A stretch of DNA of 64,000 bases from contig CAWKHF010000005.1 of the NCBI GenBank assembly GCA_963849325.1, forward strand, positions 448,001 through 512,000, given 5' to 3'. The notes below the pieces were generated by a model. That model was not told the origin of the DNA and searched no databases. It saw nothing but the letters and a program-made list of their open reading frames with translations. This DNA comes from an uncultured Planctomycetota bacterium (GTDB lineage Bacteria > Planctomycetota > Planctomycetia > Gemmatales > Gemmataceae). The position numbers were made by a program, and so were the translations under genes. Every line of letters begins with the position of its first letter. The first letter of the stretch is position 1. Below, one piece after another: positions 1 to 10,868 of this stretch.

Positions 1-1710
1 GCCGTCGTTTAGATGCTTGAGTACCGTGAAGGTCACCGTGCCTTCGGAGATCGCCGGGTTGACGGCGGCGGTGAGCGTCACCGTTTGCGTGCTTTTGCTG
101 AACGGAGTGGTGACGTTGCCGGCCGTGGTCGTGACGGGGGCGATGGTCAACGTGCCGCTGGTGTCGCCGCCATCGACGAACGAGCCGCTGGCGTCGCTGT
201 AGGACACCTTGATGGTGTAGACGCCGACCGCCAGGCCGCTCGACACGGTGAAGCTGGCCGAGGCGCTGCCGTTGCTCACGGTCCCTTGCACGGCGTTGCC
301 CACCGGAACGTAGCTGCCGTCGTTTCGATGCTTGAGTACCGTGAAGGTCACCGTACCTTCGGAGACTGCCGGGCTGACGGCGGCGGTGAGCGTTACCGTT
401 TGCGTGCTTTTGCTGAACGGAGTGGCGACGTTGCCGGCCGCGATCGTGACGGAGGCGGTGCCGCTGATGGTCAGTGTGCCGTTGGTGTCGCCGCCATCGA
501 CGAACGGGCCGCCGGCATCGCTGTAGGATACCTTGATGGTGTACGTGCCGACCACCAGGCCGCTCGGCACGGTGAAGCTGGCCGAGGCGCTGCCGTTGCT
601 CACGGTCCCTTGCACGGCGTTGCCCACCTGATGGCCGTTGCCATCGAACACCGTGAAGGTGGCGATGCCGCCGGTGATCGCCGGGCTGACGGCGGCGGTG
701 AGCGTCACCGCCTGGCCGCTGCTGCTGAAATGGACGCCGACGTTGCCGGCCGTGGTCGTGACGGGAGCGGTGCTGATGGTCAGCGTGCCGTAGGTGTCGC
801 CGTTATCGACATACGAGCCGGTGGCGTCGCTGTAGGAGACCGCGATGGTGTAGGCGCCGACCGCCAGGCCGGTCGGCACGGTGAAACTGGCCGAGGCGTG
901 GGCGCCGCTCACGTTCCCTTGCACCGTGTTGCCCACTTGGTTGCCGTTGCCGTCGAGCACCTTGAAGGTGGCGACGCCTTCGCTGATCGCCGGGCTGGTG
1001 GCGGCGGTGAGTGTCACCGTTTGCGTGCCTGGGCTGAACGACGTGCCGGCGTTGCCGGCCGCGATCGTGACGGGGGCGGCGTGATGGTCAGTACGCCGAG
1101 GACCTGGCTGCTTTGGACGGACGAACCGCTGATATCGTTGTAGGAGGGCACGATATAGTAGGTGCCGACCGCCAGCCCCTGGGGCACGGTGAAACTGGCC
1201 GAAGCGCTGCCGTTGCTGACGCCTCCTAGCACCGCATTGCCCACCGGATGATCGTTGATATCGACCACCGTGAAGGTCACGACGCCCTGGCCCGTGATCG
1301 CTGGGCTGACGCTAGCGGTGAGCGTCACCGTTTGCGTGCTTTGATGGAACGACGTGCCGACGCTGCCGCCCACGATCGCGACAGGGACGGGATTGATGGT
1401 CAGCGTGCCGCTCGTGTCACTGCCATCGGCGAACGAGCTGCCGGCATCGCTGTAGGAGACCGCGATGATGTAGGAGCCGACCGCCAGGCCATTCGGCACG
1501 GTGAAACTGGCCGAGGCGCTGCCGTTGCTGACGTTGCCTTGCACGGCGGTGCCGACCTGATAGCCGTTTTGCACCACCTGCTGATACACCGTGAAGGTCA
1601 CGGTGCCCTCGGTGACCGGGCTGGACCCGGAGACGGAGGCGGTGAGCGTCACGTTTTGGCCGTTCGCGCTGAAAGTGGCGCCGGCGTTGCCGGCCGTGGT
1701 CGTGACGGCG
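1..1710 (-). repeat. Tandem intragenic Ig-like repeats, unit about 300-320 bp
   Basis: GATGCTTGAGTACCGTGAAGGTCACCGT occurs at 12 and 327 (period 315); related segments recur near 650, 960, 1270 and 1590. Confidence 0.9.
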
Positions 1711-3587
1711 ACGGGACTGAACTCGACGGCGCCGAGGTCCACGATCGAATGGACGACGCGGGAGAAGCCGGAGCCGCGCTGATCGTTCGGCCCGGTGGCG
1801 CTTTCGGTGCTGTTGTCGCCGCGGTCGATGGCCGGGCTGCCGGGCAGCAGCGCCATCGTCTGCGTCGGCCCGCCGTTGTTCCCGAGCGGCCCCAGCAGCG
1901 GATTGACCGGCGCGTTGGGCGTGCCCACGATGTCGCCGTTTTGCACGGCGCTGAAGCCGGTGGCGTCCTTGTCGTCGCCGATCAGCGTATGGTCGCTGGT
2001 GGTGACGGCGCCGGCGAAGTCGGGTCCGGTGGCGGCGACGTTGGTGGCGATGAGGGTGTTGGTCAGGTTGACGGGATTGCCGCCTTCGTTCCAGATGCCG
2101 CCGCCCTGGGTGGAGCCGATCAGCCCTTGCAGGCCGGCCGTGCCGCCGATGCCGCCGATGCCGGCGGCCCCGCCGCCGCCGGCTCCGACGAAGTTGCCGG
2201 CGATGGTGACGTTGAAGGTGTCGAGGATCTGGGCGTTGCCGATGCCGCCGCCCCAGGCCACGCCGCCGTTGCCGCCATTGCCGCCATAGTTGCCGCCCGC
2301 CAAGCCGTTGCCACCTCCGTTGCCGCCCGCGCCGCCCTTGCCACTATAGGGGTTGTTGTCGGCCACAGTGGTGTCGATCAGCGTCAGGGTACCCGTCTCG
2401 ATGTGGAAGCCGCCGCCGTCCGCTCCGCCCCCCTTGCCGCCGTTGCCGCCTTCGCGATTCGTATTGCTGTTGGCCGTCTCGGTGCTGCCGTTGCCGCCGT
2501 TGCCGCCATCGCCCCCCACGACGAAGTTGCCGGATGTCGTGCTGTCCCGCACCGTGACCTCTCCGGGACCGAGGCACACGCCGCCGCCGGCGGCGGGGCC
2601 GCCGTCGCCGCCGTTGTCCCCGACGAGGTCCCCGGTAAAGCCCTTGCCGCCGTCGCCGCCCCGGGCCGTATTGCCGGAGATCGTCGTGGTATCGATCTGC
2701 ACCGAGCCGCCGTTAACGTAGAGTCCGCCGCCGAGACCGGCGCCGCCGCCGCCGCCCTCACTCTGGCTCACCGTTCCATTGTTGCCGTGGCCACCGTTCG
2801 CTTGGTTGCCCGCGATCAAGCTATTGGCGATGGCCAAAAGACTGCCCTCGTCATCGATCCCCCCGCCTTCGGCAGACACATCGCCATGAGTGACCGAGGC
2901 GATGTTGTTCTGAACAACGGCATTCGTCAGCGTCAAGGTTCCGCCCGCGCTATAGATGCCGCCGCCGTACGCGGACCCAGCACTGGCGTTTGTCACCTGG
3001 TTGTTCTGCACCGCCACGTTGCTCAGCGTCACATTGCCGCCGTTATTGAGGATGCCGCCGCCTCGGCCGACGGAGAAGGTGTTTGTGCCGTCGTCCTGGG
3101 CATTGCCGCCCTGGATGACGAGGTTCTCGAAGAGGACCGTGACGCCGGGGGCGACCTGGAAGACGCGATCGTTCAGCTGGCTGGCGTCGATGACGGTGGC
3201 GTTGGGTCCACTATCGCCCGCGCCCTCGATGACGATGGTGCGCGTCGTGTTCGTGAGGTTCAGATCGCCTTGCGTGGCGCCCGTCGGGCCACTCGTGTTC
3301 TGGATGTTCAGCGTGTACATGCCGCCCTGGAGCTGGATGACGTCGGTGCCGCTACTGGCGGTGTCCTGGTTGGCGGCGATGACGGCGTTGCGCAGGGTGT
3401 TGACCTGGCTGTCGCCGCTGACGCCGTCGCCGAAGGTCGTTGGAGTAAAGGTACTCGGGAGGGTACGCTCCTCCAGGTGCTCCAGGTACGGCCGGAACCT
3501 CGGCCGGATCGGTGCGCGGCTGCGTTTGGGCTGGCGCGAGCCGAACAACCAACGCTGGATTTGACGTGTCCACCAAATGCGATACAT
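1..3587 (-). CDS. Large extracellular protein: planctomycete LExR leader, Gly-rich/beta-helix region, choice-of-anchor-Q-like motif, at least 6 Ig-like repeats; 3' end outside window; frameshift near 1080
   Basis: N-terminus RPRFRPYLEHLEERTLPS; RBS AAGGAG before the ATG at 3587; motif LGPLGNNGGPTQTMALLPGSPAIDRG...DLGAVE. The ~100-aa repeats (VTLTA..GTVTFTV..GSASASFTVP.GL.VG.Y.I.VSYSD) continue in another frame below 1080 to the window edge. Confidence 0.85.
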
Positions 3588-3803
3588 AATGTCTCCTTCT
3601 AGAGACCCCGGCTGAGGGTCGTGCGAGGCTCGATGCCGCCAAGATTCCCCACGGTGGCAAACGTTGCCATCGCGGGGCGAAAAGGGAACGCGGCTCGTTT
3701 CCGCGGTACGCGCGGGAAAAGAGTCTGCATTCCTTTTTCTGTCTCTGTCCTCTTCCGTCCTTGCGGGGAAAGGGTTGCGTCCCTCCTCGCCGCGGAGGGC
3801 CGA

Positions 3804-5975
3804 TCACGACGACTTGTTGCCGCTGATGGCGTTGAAGGCCAGGTCCTCGCCCAGGAAGACCGCCACCTCGCCCAATTGCGTGGGGAACAGGATGTCGCTG
3901 TCAATCGCCGTCTGCAACTGGGCGATCGTCGCATCCAGGGAGGCATGGGGCACGCCCTGCAACGCTTCGATTTCGCTGAAGAGCGTATACAGCGTCAGCT
4001 CGAACTCCTCGATCACCAGGCCGAAGAAACCTGCGTTCGTCGGCGTCGGCGTCGGCGTTGGGGTGGGTGTCGGTGTCGGCGTCGGGATCGAAACCTGGAC
4101 GGAACCCAGGTCGATGGGGCCGCCGGACGGGCGCGATCGTCCGCGCTGATCGAGGCCGGGGCTGACGACGGGGTTGCCCTCGCCGAGGACCGGACTGTTA
4201 GCGGCGGGCAGCAGGGTTTGCGTCAGGCCGCCGTTGTTTTGCAGCGTGCCGAGGTTGGGGTTGAGCGAACTGAGGATGACCCCCGGTGCGATGCCGCCGG
4301 TATTCGTCACCAGCGTGTTCATCACCAGGTTGGAGGTGCCGCGTACCGAGGCCAGGTTCGTCCCCCCGCCGTTGATCGCCTGCGAGGCGAGGTCGCTGCC
4401 GCCGGCGGTGGTGGCCAGGATGCTGTTGTTCAGGAAGAGCTGGGCCGAAACCGGGTTGCCGGTGTCGATGTCGTCGCCGATGGCCAGGTTGTAGACCGCG
4501 CCGCCGTCGGCGCTGGCACCGGTACCGACGTTGGCCTCGACGTTGTTGCGGGCCAGGGTGTCATTGGTCAGGATGGTCTGACCGTCGAGGTTGAAGAGGG
4601 CGCCGCCGAAGGCGCTGCCATCGCCGGCGCTGACGGAGGAGCCGGTAGGCTTGGCGCCGAGGCCGCCCACAGCGCTGTTGTTGGTGAGCGTGCAGTTGAC
4701 GATGGTGACCAGGCCGCTCTCGTTATCCTCGGAGTCGGCCCCCATGCTGAAGATGGCGCCCCCGAAACCGGCACCACCGCCGCCGCCGCTGGCGCCGGCA
4801 TTGCCGCCGATGCCGGAACCGCCGCCGAAGCCGCTGAAGCCACCGGCGCTGGACCCACCGATGCCACCGGCGCCGCCACCGCTGCCGAAGCCCCCGCTGC
4901 CGCCTGCGCCTCCGGTCGTGTTGGCGAGGGAGCCTCCATTTCCACCTGCTCCTCCGCCGCCGCCGAAGCCCCCGTTGCCGCCGTTGCCGCCGTTGTTAAC
5001 GGCGGTGTCACCGCCACCGCCGCCGCCACCGCCGCCGACGCCGCCGCCGCCGCCGCCGACAGGGAAGCCGCCGAAGCCGCCACCCCCGCCGCCGCTGAAG
5101 TTGCCGCCGAAGCCGCCGAAGCCGCCAACGCTGCCATCGCCGCCGATTCCATCCTGCGCGGATAAAGCCGTCACCGCCGAAGCCGCCGGAGTCGCCGGAG
5201 CTGTCGCCGCCCTTATCCTCCTTGTGGAAGCCACCGCCGCCGCCGCCGCCAGGGGAGGCGCTGGTTCCACCCTCGCCGCCCAGGCCGGCGAGACCGGGAC
5301 CGAAGCCGCCGCCATTGCCGCCGCCCGAACTATTCGTTGAGGCATCCGTACCCATGCCGCCGCCACCGCCGCCGTTACCGGAGATGGGGGAGATATCGGC
5401 GGCGCCGCTGCCGCCCTCCGCCTCATTATTGGTCAATGTCACAGCGTTCAGGTTCAGTACGCCCTGGTTGAAGATCGCACCCCCCGCGCCCATGCCGCCG
5501 CCGCCGCCGTCCCGGCCATTGCCGCCCACGGCCAGGCCGCCCTCCAGTGTCACGTTGACCAGCGCCAGGTTGCCCTGGGGCAGCTCCAGGCCGCCCGACA
5601 CGTAGAACAGCCGGAAGGCGGGCGCGAGCGGATCGCGGGCGATGGTGGCGCCGTTGCCTTGGATGACGACGTTGCCCTCGACGGCCGGCAGGCCGGTGGG
5701 GCCGTACCAGGAGTTGTTCACCGCCGTCAGCGTGTAGGTGGTTCCCGCCTGCAAGTTGATGATGGTCGTGATCCCCTGAGTCTGCGCGAAATTCAGGTCG
5801 GTGATCAGGTCCGCCGTGTTGGCCGCATTGAACGTCTGCGTCGTCGGCACCAACCGGCTTTCCAGTTGCTCCAGGACCGGCCGGAACCTCGGCCGACTCG
5901 CGCGCGGCGCCGTTTCGGCCCGCGCGAGCCGAACAACCAACGCTGGATCTGACGCTGCCACCCCATGCGACACAT
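3804..5975 (-). CDS. Paralogous Gly-rich extracellular protein with LExR leader, (PT)n linker and helical C-terminal domain; frameshifts near 5920 and 5160
   Basis: ATG at 5975 with RBS AAGAGG gives MCRMGWQRQIQRWLFGSR; the next frame gives RPRFRPVLEQLESRLVPT; then GG(N/F)GG runs, LGTLQNNGGLTQT..DLGSVQ and PTPTPT. Confidence 0.8.
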
Positions 5976-6232
5976 GATGTCCTCTTTTCCTCGGACGCTC
6001 CCGCAGGAGCGTGCGCCGCTGGCTAAGAGGGAGAGAAAACGAGGTGATCGCTTTCCCTTGGTCTCCTCAAAGCTCAAGCCAACGCCTCAAGAATTCGGCC
6101 ATCTTCTTCACGCTCTCTCCCTAGACCCGGAAAGAGCGCCTATCGCGCCGCGCTCCGATCCATTTTTTTTCGCGGGGAGGAAAAAAGAATGCGACAGCGT
6201 TCGGACGACTTGACGTGAAGTGCTAACTTTTC

Positions 6233-6311
6233 GAGGGTCTTCTTTCCGAGCCTGAAGCGTAAGCGAAGGGATACCCTTCGCTTACGCTTCAGGCTCGGAA
6301 AGAAGACCCTC
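6233..6311. repeat. REP-like palindrome, family A (CCGAGCCTGAAGCGTAAGCGAAG), copy 1
   Basis: Perfect 38-bp arms (6233-6270 and 6274-6311) with a 3-nt loop. Confidence 0.9.
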
Positions 6312-6345
6312 CGAGCCGCCGCTCGGAAACCGTTTCCAAACTACG

Positions 6346-6397
6346 AGCCCGGAGCGCCAGCGACGGACGGAAAAATCCGTCGCTGGCGCTGCGGGCT
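6346..6397. repeat. REP-like palindrome, family B (AGCCCGGAGCGCCAGCGACGG)
   Basis: 22-bp arms with one mismatch; related to the palindromes at 32633 and 16469. Confidence 0.85.
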
Positions 6398-6443
6398 AAT
6401 GGTGTGGAAACCGCTCCGCTCCGAAATCGGGAAGAGAATTCGG

Positions 6444-9400
6444 TCAGGGCGGCGTGGCCGAGTCCACTTGGATCCGCAAGGGCTTGCTGTCCGCGCTCTC
6501 CCCGCGCGACGGATAGGCAGGGAGATGCCAGTCCAGCCCCATCGCGGCCAACTGCCGGCGGATCGCTCGCAGATCCCAAACGCGAATCCAGGCGCCGGGC
6601 CCCGCGCCGGCGGTCAGCAACTGTGTACCGTCCGGGCTGAAACAGATCCAGGCGACGCGAACCTGGTCGGGGTCTTCCAGCCGGGCGTACTCCCGGCCTG
6701 TGTCCGGGTCCACCAGCCGCAGCGCGCCATGGCCGGTCTCCGTCGCCAACAGCTTCTCGACCGGCGAAAAGGCGAAGGCGGCCCCGGGGATGCCGCCGAG
6801 GCGAGGCCCTTCACGCCACGAGCCGACGGCCCATAACCGCAAGCCGTTGCCGCGGGCCGCCAGCCAGCGGCCGTCCGGACTGAAGCCGACGCGCACCCAG
6901 CCTTCCGAAGACAACAGCTCCTTTTCCAGCCGGCCGGTGCGGGCGTCCCACACCTTGGCGCCGGTGCCGTGCTGGCTGCCGGTGGCAACCCAGCTGCCGT
7001 CGGGACTGACGGCGACCGCCCGCGCGTCCTCGTGCGGCTTCAGCCGGATCGGCCGACCGGGGTAGTCGTCGTGCAGCACCCAACCGCCCGCGCCATCCGC
7101 GCTCGCCAGCACCCGGCCATCGAGGCTGCAAGCGATTTGCCCGCCCGCGGTCTCCGGCAGAGGAAGCCGCCGCGGCGGACCGAGCCGCACCGTCCCCACC
7201 AACGCCGGGTCCGACCGGAACGGCCAGCGGAAGGTCCCGGACGGCCCGCTGGTCAACAGCGCGCCCGACGGCTCAAACGAGACGACGTCCAGGGGGGAAG
7301 CTACCGAGGCGGAGGCGAGCCGTTCCCCCGTGCGCGGATCCCAGAGGCCAAACCCGTCGGGCGTGCAGGCGGCCAGGACGAGGCCGTCGGGACGGACCGC
7401 GAATGGACCGTACGGCGCCCGCCCCCAGGCCGGGTTCTGAATCAGCCGACGACACTCCCGGCCCCGGACGATTTCCCAGAAGCGGAGCTTGTTGTCCTTG
7501 ACGTCCGCCGCCAGCAGGCGGTCCTTCGCGCCGAAGCGGAGGGACGCGCCGGTGAAGCGTGCCGGCGTATGAAACACTTCCAGGCCTGTGCGCGGGTCCC
7601 ACAGCCGCAGCATGTGCTCCCAGCCGTAACTGGCCAAGAGATCGCCCGCGCGGTTGAAGGCGATCCGCAGTCCACCGTTCTTCCATCTCCGCAGCTCGGC
7701 GGCTTTCCGCGGCGCCGCCACGTCCCAGACGTGAATGCCCTGGTCGCTGCTCACCACCGCCAACGTCTGGCCGTTGGGGTGCCAGGCCAGGCGCTCGGCG
7801 CCCGCCTGGGGCAGATCGTTGCGGACATCTCCCGTATCGAGGTCGCGGACCTGAACGCCCTCGGCATGGGAAACCGCCAGCCGCCGACTGTCGGGATGGA
7901 AAGCGGCGAACGCGATCGGGTGCGGACCGGCCTTCAACCGCCGGACGCGCTGGCCGGAAGTCAGGTCGTACAGGCTGATCGTACCATCGCCATGGACGAG
8001 GGCGGCCCGCCGGCCGTCCGGGCTGAAGTCATGGGCGACGCAGTCCAGTTCGGAGGCGACGACCACGGGCTTGCGGCCGTCCAGCTTCCACAGCTCGCAC
8101 CGGGGCGAAGTGGCGAGCGTCAGGAACGCGCCGTCCGGGCTCAGCCGGGGCCGCGGGTCCCGCATCCCGGAAGCGAAGTGATGGAGTAGCGTATCGTCGG
8201 CCACGCGGCCGATGCGGACGCCGCCGGCGCGGTCGGTGCGAACGTAGCGCTCCAGGGCGGCGTCGAAATCGACATGCGCGCTGCCGGCCGGCCAGCCGTC
8301 CCATTCCCGGGCGATGCGCACGTCGGGCAAGGCCAGGCAGGCAATGACCTGGTTGCGGAGTTCGAGGACATCGCTCTCGGGCAGGTTCATCTCGCGGGCC
8401 ATCTGCGTCGCTTCCGCCAGGAGGTCCAGGCTGTCGAAGCGCTGCCCCATGCGTCGGCTCAGCCGGCCGGCCCGCGCCTGGGCCACCAGCGCCGCATACA
8501 GCCGTCGCATCGCTTGGCCTTCGGCCCGTTCGGTAAGTTGCAATTGCTGCCGGGTAGCCTGCTGCTCCTCGTGCAGCCAGAACGCGGCCAGCGAGGCGAT
8601 AACGGCGATCGTCGCCAGCAGCAGGGCCGCCGAAAGCAGCGCCGTCCTCGTCACGCCCTTGTGCCGCCGCGACCAGCGGCGTACTTTCTGCGCCAGCGTG
8701 GGACGCCGAGCGCAAATGGCCCGGTCCTCCAGATAGCGCCGCAGGTCGTTCGCCAACTCCTGAGCCGTGGCGTAACGCTCGTCGGGATGCTTGGCCAACG
8801 CCTTGAGCACCACCGTCTCCAGGTCCGCCGGGATGGCCTTGTTCCAGCGCCGCGGCGCGTGCATCTCTTCCAGGGCGATCTGCCGCAACAATTCTTGCCG
8901 GTCCCGGCCATCAAAGACCGGCTCCCCCGTCAACAACTCGTAGAGCACCGCGCCGAGCGAATAAATGTCGGTGCGGTGGTCGATGCCGACGCGCTGCGCC
9001 AGCGCCTGTTCCGGACTCATGTAGCGGAGCGTGCCCATCAGATCACCCGTCATGGTCAGTCCGGCCTGGTTCTGGCAATGGGCCAGGCCGAAGTCGGTGA
9101 TCCACAGGTTGCCGCAGCCGTCCAGCAGCAGATTGGCCGGCTTGATGTCGCGATGCACCACGCCCAGCTGATGGGCGTGCTCCAACGCCTCGGCCACCTG
9201 GATGCCCAGCCGTGCCACCATACGGAAGAACGCCGGGTCTCGCGTGGAATGATCGACGACGACGGCAGGGACCGCCGCGGGGACCGTGGACGCATAAACC
9301 TCCGTGGCTTGCGGATCGAACACCGGGGCCGTCCCGCGCGAAGCGGATCCCTCCCTCGCGTTGGCGCCCACTCCCCGCCGCAGTTCGTGGATGAGGCCGG

Positions 9401-9968
9401 CCAGGGTCTGACCGTCGATGAACTGCATGGCGTAATAATGCACGCCGCGCTCGCAGCCGACGCCGTAGACCGGGACGATGTTCTGATGATGCAGATGAGC
9501 GGCCGACTGGGCTTCGTTCTTGAAGCGCTGCAGTTGCCTGGCGTCGAGGGTGGACGCGAAGGGCAACACCTTGAGGGCGACGCGACGGCCCAGGGACATC
9601 TGCACGGCTTCGTAGACCACGCCCATGCCGCCACGGCCGACCTCGCGGACGAGGCGGTAATCGCCCAGGGGGGCCTCTGGCTCGACGTTTGCTGCCGCGG
9701 ACTGGTCCGCGGGGAGGGGCACGGACGGATGCAGAAGCGGGGCGGCCGCTTGAATGAACTCCAGGCCATCCAGGCAATCGGCCAACGCCGCCGCGATGTC
9801 CGGATAGCGGGCCAGGAACTCGTGTCGCTCTGGCCCGTTCCCCGCCTGGTGCGCGGCCAGATACTCCTCCACGGCTTGCAGCACCCGCGGATCCTCCAGA
9901 GACGGCTCGATCGGTGGGCCGGGTGAGGGAGGAACCGCGACGGGATGGAAGTCTTCCGTGTGCTTCAT
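6444..9968 (-). CDS. Ser/Thr protein kinase with TM helix and WD40 beta-propellers
   Basis: Motifs GRGGMGVVY, VALK, HRDIKPANLL, DFGLA and YMSPEQ; hydrophobic segment ALLSAALLLATIAVIASLAAFW; many FSPDG/WD repeats; ATGA overlap with the sigma stop codon. Confidence 0.93.
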   Translation of the reverse strand: MKHTEDFHPVAVPPSPGPPIEPSLEDPRVLQAVEEYLAAHQAGNGPERHEFLARYPDIAAALADCLDGLEFIQAAAPLLHPSVPLPADQSAAANVEPEAPLGDYRLVREVGRGGMGVVYEAVQMSLGRRVALKVLPFASTLDARQLQRFKNEAQSAAHLHHQNIVPVYGVGCERGVHYYAMQFIDGQTLAGLIHELRRGVGANAREGSASRGTAPVFDPQATEVYASTVPAAVPAVVVDHSTRDPAFFRMVARLGIQVAEALEHAHQLGVVHRDIKPANLLLDGCGNLWITDFGLAHCQNQAGLTMTGDLMGTLRYMSPEQALAQRVGIDHRTDIYSLGAVLYELLTGEPVFDGRDRQELLRQIALEEMHAPRRWNKAIPADLETVVLKALAKHPDERYATAQELANDLRRYLEDRAICARRPTLAQKVRRWSRRHKGVTRTALLSAALLLATIAVIASLAAFWLHEEQQATRQQLQLTERAEGQAMRRLYAALVAQARAGRLSRRMGQRFDSLDLLAEATQMAREMNLPESDVLELRNQVIACLALPDVRIAREWDGWPAGSAHVDFDAALERYVRTDRAGGVRIGRVADDTLLHHFASGMRDPRPRLSPDGAFLTLATSPRCELWKLDGRKPVVVASELDCVAHDFSPDGRRAALVHGDGTISLYDLTSGQRVRRLKAGPHPIAFAAFHPDSRRLAVSHAEGVQVRDLDTGDVRNDLPQAGAERLAWHPNGQTLAVVSSDQGIHVWDVAAPRKAAELRRWKNGGLRIAFNRAGDLLASYGWEHMLRLWDPRTGLEVFHTPARFTGASLRFGAKDRLLAADVKDNKLRFWEIVRGRECRRLIQNPAWGRAPYGPFAVRPDGLVLAACTPDGFGLWDPRTGERLASASVASPLDVVSFEPSGALLTSGPSGTFRWPFRSDPALVGTVRLGPPRRLPLPETAGGQIACSLDGRVLASADGAGGWVLHDDYPGRPIRLKPHEDARAVAVSPDGSWVATGSQHGTGAKVWDARTGRLEKELLSSEGWVRVGFSPDGRWLAARGNGLRLWAVGSWREGPRLGGIPGAAFAFSPVEKLLATETGHGALRLVDPDTGREYARLEDPDQVRVAWICFSPDGTQLLTAGAGPGAWIRVWDLRAIRRQLAAMGLDWHLPAYPSRGESADSKPLRIQVDSATPP

Positions 9969-10581
9969 GAGGAGTCTCCTACCAAATGGCGTAAGCGTGC
10001 CAGGCCGCGCAGCCACACGTTTTTGACGCTATCCAGAGTGCGGCCGAGGCGGCGGGCCACCTCGGGCATGCTCAGCCCTTGCAAGTGATGCAGGATCAGC
10101 ACCTCGCGATAATCGTCGGGCAACTGCCGCAGGGCGTCGGCCAGCAACACGGCCTGCTCGCGTCGCACGGCCCGCTGGCTGGGAGAACTGCCTGGGGCCG
10201 CCAGCCCCTGATCGAGGAGGCGCGACGATTGATCCAACTCCATCGCCAACTGGCGCTCCAGCGCACGTCTCGCCGCTGGACGCCGCAATAGTGGCGGATC
10301 AGCTTCTCCAGCCGGGAGGCGAGAATGTGCCGTAGCCAGCTGACCAGCTCCCCCTCGCTGGTCCCTCGGAACTGGACGAAACAGTCGTGCGCTTGCAAGA
10401 ACGTGTCCTGAACCAAATCGGCGGCATCGACCTTTCCTCGCAAGCGTCGGCCGATTTGCAGGCGGGCCAGTAGTTCCAGATAGCCCTGGTACAACTCAAA
10501 CAGCTGCCCCAGGGCCGAACCGTCGCCGGCACGGGCCAGACGCAACAGCTGTTCCGGGTCCGAATCGGGGAGACGGTTCAT
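9965..10581 (-). CDS. ECF sigma-70 factor, planctomycete kinase-associated type; frameshift near 10262
   Basis: Region 2 LRGKVDAADLVQDTFLQAH..FRGTSEGELVSWLRHILA; SSPSQ linker; region 4 LPDDYREVLILHHLQGLSMPEVARRLGRT. Confidence 0.9.
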
Positions 10582-10660
10582 GGAGATGGTCCTCTTCGCT
10601 ATTAGACCCGGAATGAGTGGCCTTCGCGCCGCAATAATACCGATTTTCTCGCCAACCTGT

Positions 10661-10713
10661 CCGAGCCTGAAGCGTAAGCGAAGGACGTCCCTTCGCTTAC
10701 GCTTCAGGCTCGG
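10661..10713. repeat. REP-like palindrome, family A, copy 2
   Basis: Same arm sequence as the copy at 6246-6298. Confidence 0.9.
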
Positions 10714-10868
10714 TTGAGGATGCGATTCTGCCGGCCTTAGCAGATGTAGCTTCTCGTGAAGATGGAAAATCCGCGAAGGCTGCGGGACGTGCTTCGTTTG
10801 TGCGGCGGCTTGGAATACAGTAGGTCTACTCTCGAATTCCCGAAATCGGAACAGGGAGACCCACTCGC

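Noticed and set aside
3590-3800. Riboswitch in the leader of the first surface protein (hairpin GGTGGCAA-ACG-TTGCCATC)
   Set aside because: Short hairpins only; I could not match a known riboswitch consensus by eye, and the paralogue's leader lacks them.
2100-5400. PE-PGRS genes acquired from mycobacteria
   Set aside because: There is no PE domain; the Gly-rich similarity is low-complexity and the leaders are planctomycete-type.
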